A stretch of DNA of 63,109 bases, filler included, from Globobulimina sp. (GCA_003354225.1; 27 parts of 27 records of this genome joined end to end with filler, not necessarily neighbours in it); one strand, 5' to 3'; numbered from the whole stretch's first letter, positions 50,383 to 62,673 are shown. A program made the numbers and translations. The notes: generated from the sequence alone by a model not told the origin.

Positions 50383-51409
50383 TTAATCCTCTTCTGTGAC
50401 CAATGAATAGCGGGGACATCGTTTTCTTTCACGTCGTACTTTTTTTTGTGTCAATCGATAACAACATGCAATACAATAAGCATCAGGACAGGAACATAAT
50501 ATTTTATACCAAAACGCAGTAAAATCAAAACTTAATCCAATACAAAACGAACATACTATGCCATTAATGGACCAATAGCCAGATTGCAGTGTGCTAAATA
50601 CATTGGCATAATGTTCATTGCCCAGCGCAACATTCATAAACAAACCAATTCCAAAATAAATTATAATTTGGGTTGATATCAAAGCAATGAATGATAATAA
50701 CGTAATTTTCGACATAATTGCAATGATTACTTTTTGTCTGTCATTCAAAGACGACAAAGTTGAGCTTACTTCGAGATCCACAGAGTTCTCTGAGTTCACA
50801 TTTGGATTATTTATATTCCCCAAATCAACGTGCATGAGATCCACATTTAATGTCCACAGTTTTGACACAAATGTCCAAATAATTAATGTTGACAAACTTA
50901 AGTTGATCGATAATTGTCGATAAAAAAACAAATGCAGATTTTGAGAGTGTTTCAAATGTTTTTCAAATGGGTTCTAAATATTAATCGTCCACTAAAATAA
51001 ACCCACTTTGAAAAACGTAATATCGTCTTATCCATCTCGCAAATTCTCAAGTAAATATTATGAAACATACAGAAATTTTAGATGTTAATGCAAAATACTT
51101 GGTATGTTTCATAATATTTAATGTTTCTGCGATGATGCTCTACAAAATCAGAATTTTTTAATTTTACCTTAAATCAATTACAGCAGAAATACTTGTTTCG
51201 CCATCTCCGATTAGGCCAAAATCACAGTATAATGCTGTATTATCGCAATATAAACATAAACCAAAATATAAATTTTTGGCAACATAAATTAATATGAATA
51301 ATGATATTAAAATATAAAATATTTTATATACAAGTAATGATGGATTATATTTTGTATTTTTAAATGAATGTTGTAATCTTTTAACAAATATGGTATAGAG
51401 CAGTATCTG
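50383..51409 (-). CDS. 7TM/GPCR-like receptor, C-terminal part; intron about 51168-50898
   Basis: TM5-TM7-like segments, KITLLSFIALISTQ, Cys-rich helix-8 region WYKILCSCPDAYCIACC. Confidence 0.6.
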
Positions 51410-51739
51410 NNNNNNNNNNNNNNNNNNNNNNNNNNNNNNNNNNNNNNNNNNNNTTAATTAATTAANNNNNNNNNNNNNNNNNNNNNNNNNNNNNNNNNNN
51501 NNNNNNNNNGTAGAATTGGATTCGTGTTGCAATAATAATTCAACTTCTGAACATCTCAACTTCTCAACGCTTAAACTTCCGAACCTCTCAACCTCTCAAA
51601 CCTCTGACTTAAATGCATTTCTTTCAATACATAACACAAAACATTCACTAATTAAAATTTAATATAAACAGATTGGGTGACAGCATATCATATAAAAATG
51701 CTCAAAAGAAAAGAAACAAAAGAAACAAAATAAAGCAAT

Positions 51740-52695
51740 GATTTACAATATCAGGGTACAATGTATTTTATATCCGGACGATAACAATCCTGACAATATA
51801 ATATTATTACAACGTAATGAATCCCTAAATTGATATTGAAATAAGTTATAATTGTTTCTTTTTTCTTGTTTCCATATTTGATTGATATGTAAATTTAAAT
51901 TATTTATTTTTTGATTTGTTTTTTCTGAATTTATCCTTGAACTCATTTGCTATAACTTGTATTTTCTCGATTTTTTCGATATTCAATTCATTGCTATTCC
52001 CAATTATTTGTTTGATACAATCACAATCGTATAATAGATGTACATTTATATCATTACGTATTTTATTACATAGTGGGCAATATTTAATGGTTATTTCTTC
52101 AGATATTTTTAAAAAATTCTCTTTGTTTATCCATTTTAGATCCGTCCAATTAAATATTATTTTTATGCTTTCTTGTATTGTTTTTGTTGTTGTTTCATTA
52201 TTATTATATATTTCATTTATAAGTCCGATCATTGATTTGTATGGTTTTATTTGTGTTTGTTTGATGAATTTGTTTTTATCCACAAATTTGAAAAATATTT
52301 TTCCTTTTTTATCCATAAAATGTTTAACTTCATCTTCGTAGTGTTCCTTATATCTTTTATCCAGTATTTTGTTCCATATTTTCTTACTTTTGGGCAGGTT
52401 TTGTATATTGATATATTTGCAATCAATCTTATAATATTTGATGGTTTTAATATAATCCTTGGTATCGTATTTCCATTGTTTTATATCCTTTGGGATTTCC
52501 CAATATTCCATACATTTAAATTTATTTCGTATTCTAAGCAATTGATATAATTCCTCATAATTCCTCATAATTCCTCTTTATTAATTCAGTAAATATCGAT
52601 TTATTCTCTATAAAAATGGAGTAATACATATTCAATTTTAATTTTTGTATAAACATAGATAGTTTGGGGATTCCCAAAATTATTCTTAGTGTAAT
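51740..52695 (-). mobile_element. 5'-truncated non-LTR retrotransposon (LINE) 3' end, degenerate
   Basis: ITLRIILGIPKL...KLKL (post-RT region) and CPLC...HLLYDC (zf-RVT-like); frameshifting 10-bp tandem duplication at 52551-52576. Confidence 0.65.
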
Positions 52696-52696
52696 A

Positions 52697-53749
52697 TCAT
52701 CGGCGCGATGGGTTTAATTCTTGAATAACATAACAAATATCAATAAATGAATGATAAATTGTTTCATAATCTTGCGTGGGAATTCGTGTTGGTGCCGCAG
52801 TCGGACTCAATGTTGGAGATTTGCTTGGTGATATAGTGGGAGCTGCAGATGGTACATTTGACGGAGCTGACGTAGGAGCACTGGTTGGGTGGCTTGAAGG
52901 TGAGTTACTCGGTGGAACGGTTGGAGCAAAAGTTGGAGCAAATGAAGGAGGGGCTGTTGGTGCTGCAGATGGTGCAAAAGTTGGATGCAACGATGGATTG
53001 ATAGTGGGTGAGATTGTAGGACTAAATGAAGGATAAAGAGAAGGGGCTAAGCTTGGTGATATTGTAGGAGAGGTTGTAGGTGATATTGTAGGAGAAGTTG
53101 TAGGTGCGGAAGTTGGTGAGATTGAAGGACTGAATGAGGGATTAATAGAAGGTGCTAGGTTGGGCTTATTGTAGGAGAGATTGAAGGTGATATTGTAGGA
53201 GCATGTTGGATTAAATGTAGGACTCGAAATGCATTGCCCTTAAAAATATAATAATTTGTTAATTTTTCATCGGAAAACACACGAATGTTAAGAAAAGCAA
53301 TGGAGTGGGAACTGACTTAGTATTTATGCATTTTTTTTAGACACAAATAGCAAACCACGCGTAACAAACCTTCACAAATGACTTTTTGTACATATTGCAT
53401 GTTAAGCCAATAACAACCTGAATTTGGGGGAATTAAAGTCGTCACTGATTGAGGGTTAGGATAATAATATGTCATTGAACAGGAATAATTACCGCACAAT
53501 ACGTTAACATACTCAGTTTGCACTAAACCTGAAAAATAGTCAATGCTCAGCGATTCGCTTGATTCGACACGAATATATCTTTCATTATTACATAAAATAT
53601 TATTTTGATCTTTCAGATAACCCCAATTGTTGTTTAATATTACATGATGTGAATATTGATACATTATTAATTGTGTTTGATTCGAAGATGTCGTTATTAC
53701 TAAATTATCACACGCATTTAAAGCAATACAACTAATAATCCCATCATTT
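52697..53749 (-). pseudogene. PT-repeat surface protein disrupted by frameshifts and the LINE insertion
   Basis: PTxAP/SPT repeats after a Cys-containing domain; frame breaks near 53165-53205; ends at the LINE junction. Confidence 0.55.
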
Positions 53750-53996
53750 NNNNNNNNNNNNNNNNNNNNNNNNNNNNNNNNNNNNNNNNNNNNTTAATTA
53801 ATTAANNNNNNNNNNNNNNNNNNNNNNNNNNNNNNNNNNNNNNNNNNNNGACAGTTGAAAAACAAAAACTTTTTAGAACAATAAATGTCAATATCGATAT
53901 TTATTAACAGCAGCTAACAATTACTTATATATGACATATAAATTGAAATTCAAACATAACAAATTGAAAAGCACCACAGACAAAAACAAAAGAAAA

Positions 53997-55164
53997 TCAT
54001 TCAGCCATTAAATAATTCGGACTAGTTTTAGCAATCTGAATCTCCTCTTCATTCATATCATCTTTTATGTCATTGAACAGCGGCGTAGTCATATACCTCT
54101 CCATCGTATCCGGCAACATCGCCAACACTCCACAATGATCGCTTGCATTTTCGCAGATTTGCAAGGCAGCGGCAACCGTGGCACCGCCCGATACGCCGGT
54201 AAATATCCCTTCGTATCTGGCCAAATCCAGAGCGACTCTCATCGCCTCCTCGCCCGATACCTGTACAATTTCATCGGCAATGCCCGCATCAACGCCATCC
54301 TGCGTTATTTTGGGGATGAAATTGGGTGTCCAGCCTTGAATTGGATGCGGCGTAAAAGAGGGGTGCCCCTTCGCGGGCGCATGCGTTTTGGCATCGCGTT
54401 CTTGTCCGACCCCGCTCGACACCAACGGTGCATTGCTAGGCTCCGCTAATATGATCTTAAGAGACGGTCTCGCTGTTTTTAGCACTTTGCCCGCACCAAA
54501 AAAGGTACCGCCAGTCCCATAGCCAGTGACCCAATAATCCAAATTCCGGCCGGTGAACGAGCTCAATATCTCCGGACCGGTCGTATTTGCGTGGTATTGC
54601 GGATTGGCTTCGTTTTCGAACTGCCGCGCCAAAAACCACCCGTTGGCCTCGGCCAATTCTTCCGCTTTCTTCACCATTCCAACTCCGCCATCTTTTGCCG
54701 GCGTTAAAATCACTTTGGCGCCCAACGCGCGCATTATTTTGCGGCGTTCGACGGAGAACGTCTCGGCCATCGTGGCAACGAACGGGTATCCTTTGCGGTG
54801 TTTATATGAATGTAGGATGTGGATCGGCTGTTTGTTGTATACCTTTTTGAGCACAAACCATTGCCAATGCGATGCCCGTGTTGCCAGAGGTCGCTTCGAT
54901 TACAGTTTGGTTCCGTTTTAACGTGCCACGTTTTTCCGCATCTTCGATGATTCCGATCGCTAAACGGTCTTTCACCGATGATAAGGGATTGAAAAACTCA
55001 CATTTCACATATAAATCTACGTTCTTGTTCGCTGTTAATTTGTTGATTTTCACTATTGGCGTGTTTCCAATTGTTTCGAGGATGTTGTTGTAAATTCTAT
55101 GTCTACGGACACTGTGCCTGAATAAGCTGGGTCTAAATAGGCTGTGTCTTAGTAGCTTGGCCAT
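53997..55164 (-). CDS. cysK: Cysteine synthase (O-acetylserine thiol-lyase) with mitochondrial presequence; intron 54842-54791
   Basis: TIGNTP, KCEFFNPLSSVKDR, EATSGNTG, QFENEANP, GYGTGGT, PHPIQG, PDTMERY. Confidence 0.95.
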
Positions 55165-55575
55165 GGTTTGACAGAGTGGTTTTTTTGAAAGTGTGTGAAA
55201 TTGCAGCTTGCTATGTTGGATAGCTATGTTGGCTTTTTTCAACAAGCAAAGGTTGGAAAAAAAAGCAAAGATTAAAAATAAAATTTAATTTTAAACAAAA
55301 ATAAAGGCGAAAGAAATGACTTCGAAATCACACAATAGATTATGATCAGGATAAAAACAATCAAATCAATGGTCCTGAATCTAATAAACCATCACTGTCT
55401 TCACCATCTAAATCAATGGTTATACATCCATCAAAATCGATGGTTATACATCCATTATAATTCATATTGTTTTTAGCGGAGAAGTTCTGATTTGAATATT
55501 CAACATCTGTGTTTTGTATATTTTATGTATTGTTTTTGTATTCAAAATATCATAATTTGCTCACATATATACATA

Positions 55576-56089
55576 TTACACACTGCTATTTGGATTCAAA
55601 TAAATCTCACCATTGATATCATTAATCAAAAGTGAGGCTTTTAAGACTGAGTTGTGATAATTGCTGGATTCCATAACATTGTTCTCTACATTTTTACGTG
55701 GCCTCCAATAGCAACCAACTATGACTATACACACAAACAACATGACACAAAATGGAATGACAAACAATACTGTGTCGTTATAATTGATTGATGCACTGTT
55801 TGTATGCGATGAATGCACTCCCAAATGGTTGTTCTCTTCAATATATCTCGGTACTGAGTTTGTCATCGTAGCATTTATTTTATGTATCGAATCAACCTCA
55901 TCTTCAACAGAGAGTGACATGGCATAAGCACTTGCAGCAAGCAATGAAGTTTTTGCAGAGGATAAATGCAGTCATTGTGCTGATTATAGTATTGATGGTG
56001 ATAATGATCATTGAGAAGTATTCATTTGTTAATCAAAGCTATGAAGAAAACACTGATGTCACCACAACGATGCATATGAACGAAGACAA
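55576..56089 (-). CDS. Hypothetical membrane protein fragment
   Basis: TM VLFVIPFCVMLFVCIVIVGCYW followed by RPRK. Confidence 0.4.
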
Positions 56090-56228
56090 NNNNNNNNNNN
56101 NNNNNNNNNNNNNNNNNNNNNNNNNNNNNNNNNTTAATTAATTAANNNNNNNNNNNNNNNNNNNNNNNNNNNNNNNNNNNNNNNNNNNNTACCCTGACCG
56201 CAGCATTCAACACCACCATAATGACCAT

Positions 56229-57845
56229 ATGTATCATGACAATCCGTACCCATATCAAACATCTCAACCATTAATAATGGATCACATGCCATTGCCATTC
56301 CAGTTACCACCACCTCACTGTATGCACCAGTCTCAGCCACATCACTCACATCCAATACCACCACAAATACAACAACGGCAACAAACAGTGCTCCCACCAC
56401 CAATTCCATTGGCTCCACCTTTCAAAAAAAGAAAATTGTCCAATGCTTCATATAATATAACAACACGCAACAAAGAAATCGAAATGCAACAAAAACTCAA
56501 TCAAACCGTCACTCAAAACAAAGATTTATCGCATAAAATTAAAAAATCGCAACAGGAGCTAAACCATTACGTATCGGACAACAAATATTTGCAAAATAAA
56601 AATAAAGAGTTACAGAGGAAAAATAAAAGTTTATTAAATCGGCAAAACCAAATACAACAACAACTGGCAAAAACTAAAAAGACGTTCTTGGAAACAAAAA
56701 AGCGTTTCTCTGAGGATATAAATGCGATGAAACAAGCAATGAAACAACAATCAAAAATTATAAATGGTAGAAATAACACAATATCGCAATTAAAAAAGGT
56801 TTTAGACACAAAAGACAATGAAATAACACAACATCGCAACGAAATAATAACTTTGAATAAAAAATATAAAAAAATAAAAAAAGTTTCAGCAACGCTATAT
56901 TTAGAATGTATAAATGGAGAGGAACCGCGTTGGGATTTGATCAAGATTCAAAATTGTGACAATGGCATCATTCGGGATAAAGAATTAGCAGTTTTGCGCG
57001 GGGAAATTGTCTCTTTATATCCTTCCGGATGTTTTAGTGTTTGTGGCATTGGGAAATGGCAAAACAATCAAACGGTGATACAGTCCGTCAAAGAGTTTGT
57101 TGAATTGAATGGTGAATATAATCAGAGCTCAAGTATGATATTCAAAGACCAGAAATTAAATATAAAAATAGTAACTATTGGCCGTGCGATTGAAAAGTTC
57201 AAAATCAAATGTAATCATCGGATATCTGCCTTGAATGGGCAGTATGGCGTAAAAGCGCTGATGGATATACCCAGACATACGATATGCGGACAGTATTTGG
57301 GCGGGGAAATATCGCAGATATCGTACGGCAAAGTGTTTGAAGGAACTGCGGTGGAGCACGACCACAATGTTTATGCGTTGGATCAGGAGATTGATGCTGT
57401 AGAATTGAGGCGGATTAATGGTAAAAAGCAAGGTAAATATAAATATGATGATATTGGTAAAGCGAGCTCGGATACAATGTTCGTGGTGGATCCATTTATA
57501 ATTAATAATGGAGCTTCGAATGAATTGTTGATGCCATTTGTGAATGATTGCAGAGCAGACATAAATAATATGGAACCTACGCAGTGTGATAATAAGTATT
57601 ATAATGTCGAGTTTGTTGGCGTTAAAATAAATGGATGGACTCAAACCTATTTGATCACAAAAAGAGAAATTAAAAAGCGAGAAGAGTTGATGACATATTA
57701 TGGGGAAATATATGGCTTAGACATAAAAAAACAGATACAAAATGAAGCAGCAAAACAAACAAAAAAGATACGGATTGATAAGGAGGTTTTACAAGAATTA
57801 AAAAATGAATTTTCTGGCACTTTTCGATTGTGTAAATTTAGTTAA
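56229..57845 (+). CDS. Coiled-coil plus divergent SET-domain protein
   Basis: GQYGVKALMDIP...GQYLGG; MPFVNDCR; NVEF; IKKREELMTYYGEIY. Confidence 0.8.
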   Translation: MYHDNPYPYQTSQPLIMDHMPLPFQLPPPHCMHQSQPHHSHPIPPQIQQRQQTVLPPPIPLAPPFKKRKLSNASYNITTRNKEIEMQQKLNQTVTQNKDLSHKIKKSQQELNHYVSDNKYLQNKNKELQRKNKSLLNRQNQIQQQLAKTKKTFLETKKRFSEDINAMKQAMKQQSKIINGRNNTISQLKKVLDTKDNEITQHRNEIITLNKKYKKIKKVSATLYLECINGEEPRWDLIKIQNCDNGIIRDKELAVLRGEIVSLYPSGCFSVCGIGKWQNNQTVIQSVKEFVELNGEYNQSSSMIFKDQKLNIKIVTIGRAIEKFKIKCNHRISALNGQYGVKALMDIPRHTICGQYLGGEISQISYGKVFEGTAVEHDHNVYALDQEIDAVELRRINGKKQGKYKYDDIGKASSDTMFVVDPFIINNGASNELLMPFVNDCRADINNMEPTQCDNKYYNVEFVGVKINGWTQTYLITKREIKKREELMTYYGEIYGLDIKKQIQNEAAKQTKKIRIDKEVLQELKNEFSGTFRLCKFS

Positions 57846-57963
57846 CGTTGATTTTGTTAAACGGGCAGACCGTACAGTTTGTATTAAATAATTTAATGAA
57901 GTTTTTAGTTGTTGGTCACATCTAGATATCTAGAAACGATTTAATTATAACATCCTCAGAAAC

Positions 57964-58429
57964 ATGAACCTGTTAGGAACTAATCCATTCAGTAAAGGTA
58001 TAATAAGAAGACCAACTATGAGTCCAGCAGATGGGCGTCAACCACCGGAAGCAAAACAGTCGGAATCAAAGCAATCGGAATTGGAGGCAACTCCATTAGG
58101 TACCCAGTCAAATAACATTCCTATAAATTCACAAGCTGGAGGACTGAGAAGTTTATTCGGATTGGATTACTTATTAGGTTCGTCATCACCTAACGTTACA
58201 CCCGAAAATATTTACGCAACTGCTAACATCTCAGCATTTGCTGCATTGCTATCATTGGTATGTAAACGCACTAAACTGTACGCTTCCTATTACTATGAAA
58301 TCACCGCATCACACACTTGTTACACAACACAAAAGGTTGCGTTGGTGGTTGGAATAATCACTTTAATGTTAACTCACGAACGGAGTATATTATCCACACT
58401 GAAAACAAGTTATGAATCTATGAAGGAAC
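57964..58429 (+). CDS. Hypothetical protein N-terminus, partial
   Basis: Open frame with a hydrophobic segment. Confidence 0.4.
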
Positions 58430-58529
58430 NNNNNNNNNNNNNNNNNNNNNNNNNNNNNNNNNNNNNNNNNNNNTTAATTAATTAANNNNNNNNNNNNNNN
58501 NNNNNNNNNNNNNNNNNNNNNNNNNNNNN

Positions 58530-60769
58530 ACAAAGAAGCAGCGAACCTCTATAAATACATCAAAAGCTATGCAAAATAACTACAAAAATACTAATTATAA
58601 TATAATGACTGATAAATCTGCCACAAACTCATTGATTGTTTACTTATCAGATAAGATAGATATTAGTTGTTCCATTGCAATGTTACAATTTATGTATGTT
58701 TATTTATATTATTTTAACGCCGATATTACCATTGATATGCATGGCAAATTAGTAAATGGATTATTTATTCAATTAAGTCAACACGAAAAGGAAAACGATC
58801 ATTCATTTATTATGTGGATATTCGCAGTATTATCATTGCTAACTAACAGCGAGAATAATAACAACGAATTATGGTCAAATAATATTAAATTATTCTTAAC
58901 AGAAACTATTATCTCATCGCCACCAAATGTATTGTCCATATTATTCAATATATTGACCCAATTAATCATCCACAAACGTATTAATTACGCACAAATCGCG
59001 CATATTTTACATACATTAATGACCTCTGATATTATTCACAAAAAAGCATTCAACACTGCATTGATTACCAATTCTTTTTGTAAGCTAATCAACCAAATAT
59101 TTCATCAATTGCATACACATAAAAACGCGCACAATGAGCCGGAGAATGATAATAATTTAAATTGTGACGAATTACCGTCCTCATTATCATCCAGTGCATC
59201 ATCGCCAAGTCCATTGGCAAAGGTATTTTCGCGATTGAATTTAATACGGCTATCATCAGAAGTATCTGTCGAAAATAACGCAAATATCAATCACAACAAT
59301 AACACTCACAATAATAATAATAATGATATAAACAATTATATTTATCTGCTGTTACAATGGCTATTGACAGCAAAAGATTTACAAACAGATCGAGCTGACT
59401 TATTTGTATTTGCTTATATTGAGAATAATATTCATTTAACGCAATGGATTGTGAATTGCATCACAAACATGTTATATTATGATTTTGCTGCAAATATTGA
59501 TGACTCAGACTGTCAACCTACGCTTGAGCATTATCGATATGATCAGTCACTATTCAAATATGCCGAGAAACAATTACAAAATATAGGCATTGTGCAGCTC
59601 ATTTATTTGGACGAAGATGCGGAAAACGACGCAAATGACGAGGAAATAATGTCATTTATGTGCTATGATAATATCGATAAATCCCCATTTCATACGCAAC
59701 ATTTAGTCGATTTAAGCACTGATCAATGGAAACGAATTCAATTTGCTCCCTTTATTAAACCAAAAAAGAACGAAAATCCCAAGCAAATAAGCACTGAAAA
59801 GCAACAAAGCATGGTACAAAATATAACATTGATAGTGGATATATTAGATACTGCCATCTGTAAATTGTTAGCAATGATCAACAAAATCAATGATAAGACA
59901 ATATGCATATTCTTACTCACACACTATCTAAATATGATATGCTTACTTACAAACAAATGGCAGTTACATTCATATATAAAGAAACATTATAAAAACAAAC
60001 AAAACAAAGCAGAGTATCATAAATATTGCAAAGTCATTAAATCCGTGCTTTGTATGTACAGTTTATTGCAGTCATTGTTCGAGGCCTTAATTACGATCTG
60101 TGTCAACCATGAAACATTAGTTTGCAATGATAAGCATGCTCTGGACATTAATGATTCCATTCTGTATTGCATTGAATTGTTGCATCGCTTTATAAGCTCT
60201 ATGCCGTCCAATGATAAATTTGATGCTAACAACAATAAAAATTATCAACATATCCTGCAAAAACGGATACAAAAATTCGCCAAATTCCTGTCCGGTTTTT
60301 ACTGGAAATATAGCAGTTCGATGATCAATGATATTATCGACTTACTGCAGCCGTCGTATTTTACCAACACAAACACCAAAAAACACTGGGAATCCTTTGG
60401 CGAAGGCGATGTGTCGGCATTTATTACCAATAAAACAGCTGATAATATGTCGCAAATTACATTAAGTAATCAGAATAATAAAAGTATTCGACATATTATG
60501 AGCGGAATACCGTCGCGATTAATTATTGGGGATATTATTCGCTTTTGTTCCATTCATAAATATTTTGTACTGCACGATACCTCCAAATGTTATGATACTG
60601 CAAAACGTTTAAATCCATACATTCATCGCATACCGCCTTTGTTGGTGAGATTATATATGCAAATTTTTTATATTTTACAATTCCCCAAACCCTTTCTCAT
60701 AAATACATTTATTAACAAAATAAGTGGCATTTTATTTGAATATAAGACTTATCCATATTTGCAATCGGA
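58530..60769 (+). CDS. Large alpha-helical hypothetical protein, internal fragment
   Basis: Open frame of about 740 aa spanning the contig; no recognised motif. Confidence 0.6.
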
Positions 60770-60869
60770 NNNNNNNNNNNNNNNNNNNNNNNNNNNNNNN
60801 NNNNNNNNNNNNNTTAATTAATTAANNNNNNNNNNNNNNNNNNNNNNNNNNNNNNNNNNNNNNNNNNNN

Positions 60870-61271
60870 CGCTTGTTCTTGTATGAGTTTCTTAAAGTTC
60901 TTTAGCGTGGTTCCACTCTTCAATCCTCTTTGAGGTCGGGCGTACACGTATCCAGAAAACGGATCGAGACACACCAACACTTTGGGCAATTTGGAATGTC
61001 TGAACACAGCCGTATCGCAGGCCAGGTCCAAATAGGGCGCCGTCAAAACGTATTTGCTGAATTTGTTCGCCTTTCCTCTCGGTTTTCGTGGTCGTCGATG
61101 TATCAAGTAATTGGCTTGTTCTTCCAGGAATGTCTTGACTTCCTTCTTGGTCAAATCGGGGGACGATTTCTTGGCGGTAACGTATAGGGTGTCCAAACCG
61201 GAAAAGGAGGCGGGGCTTCGGAGCGAGTAATAGATTTTTTCTAACAAGGCGCGTTTATCGGCTGACAGCAT
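60870..61271 (-). CDS. Maverick/Polinton (adintovirus-type) retroviral-like integrase, N-terminal part
   Basis: LEKIYY...PASFSGLDTLY...LTKKEVKTFLEEQANYLIHR...LACDT...LVCLDPFSGYVYARP is the Polinton integrase N-terminus with the first catalytic Asp. Confidence 0.9.
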
Positions 61272-61324
61272 ATCGACGGACCGACCGTTTAGACGGTTAT
61301 TGTCGTATGTAACTTGTTGTCAAC

Positions 61325-61773
61325 ATGTCGGCTTCGAAGGTTAAGCGATATTTGGGCTTGATCACGGGTATGGTCTTGTTGAATAAGAAACAGAAACGGT
61401 CCCTCATCGAAAACGCCAATTGCGGATTTCTCAAAGCCCTATTGAGGTAATACAATGACGGTCTAGGCCAAATTTCTCGAAACGACTATGTTTTAGTCTG
61501 GCCGCTTCGGTTCAGGACGGATTTTTGTCCGTCAACGATCTGAAAGTCAAGAAACGTCTTATGAGACACAGAAAAAAGATCAACCGATTGAGGGACGGTC
61601 CCAAAGACAAACTATCGGAAGACCTATGCAACAACATCGGTTTCCTGGATGCCTTGGCCGAATCGGTGGCCTATTTGAACTCTGACGAAGAAGACAGACT
61701 GCCCAAATATTTTTCTAAGCAAAAACAAAAGAGAAAGCAAAGTAATTTATTATCAGCAAAATCGGTTTCCTAA
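61325..61773 (+). CDS. Polinton/adintovirus conserved small protein ('GasderminX'/PW-like), spliced (intron 61447-61496)
   Basis: Spliced product KQKRSLIENANCGFLKALLSLAASVQDGFL...KKRLMRHRKKINRL...NNIGFLDALA matches the family pattern; it sits next to the integrase. Confidence 0.65.
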
Positions 61774-61783
61774 CATCGATCGA

Positions 61784-62073
61784 TCAATCATCGGCTTCTC
61801 CATGTCGGTGAATAAGGGCCACTTCTATGGAATGCTTAGGTTTTTGATTGGCTCTCGGCGGGGACGTTCCATGTTGAGGGTACTTTTGAATATGGAGCTT
61901 GTTGTGTTCCATGGCGCGTTCGGAAGCCACCACGTCCAATTGAACCTCTTCGTCTCGTTCCCCAAACTTTACGCAAACCTAAATTAATTTAATTAATTAC
62001 AAAAAAATTTAATTATCTATCCCACTTTGACGTTGGATCCGTCGAATCGCCAGTCGTCGTTCCAGGCTGCCAT
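61784..62073 (-). CDS. Small spliced ORF (80 aa; intron 62025-61979), unknown function
   Basis: MAAWNDDWRFDGSNVK/VCVKFGERDEE...; removing a 47-nt AT-rich GT-AG intron restores the frame exactly. Confidence 0.55.
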
Positions 62074-62224
62074 TTTTCTAACAATGACAAAAATTTCCCC
62101 AGGCTCCGCCTCCAGACGGAACGTCTAGACGGTCACGTGACCTATTTCGAAATTGGGAGTTTTTTATATAACTTTTTTATCGATTGCATACAAATTGTTG
62201 AATACATTAATTGGTTGAATCACG

Positions 62225-62476
62225 TTAATCGACTATTTTTAAATTGACAATTTCTATGGTTTCCGTAAGAACGTTTTCTTCGCTCAAATCCTTGATTCTT
62301 TTCACGATCAATCGGTTTCCTTCCATAGGGTCATAAAATGGGCTGGAAATTGTCACGGTAACCTCTTCTGTTGTGGCCACGACTTGCATCTAACATAGGG
62401 CACAAAATTATTAATTTATCACTTTCGACATTTCTTTACCTACCATATACTCTTTCTTTTCTACACGAGCGGACAT
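62225..62476 (-). CDS. Small, probably spliced ORF (second exon 62389-62225)
   Basis: MQVVATTEEVTVTISSPFYDPMEGNRLIVKRIKDLSEE... is preceded by a TTAG acceptor; the donor is ambiguous. Confidence 0.4.
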
Positions 62477-62673
62477 GACCAATATCTTTTTTAGAAATGA
62501 TCAAGGATAAGCCGCAGAAGCGCGATGTTAACTGGCAAACCGAAGACACCCTATCTCTCTGGCAAACCGAAGACAACCTATCGGCTACGGCGAAGAATGA
62601 CGATTAATTCGTTACCCTATTTTGACATAATATTATTTTGTAGAATAAACAGATAGACCAATATGTGTTATGC

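Noticed and set aside
2243-60869. Regularly spaced TTAATTAATTAA repeats as a biological array, and any gene neighbourhood across them
   Set aside because: They are artificial linkers between length-sorted contigs; ORFs running into X residues are artefacts
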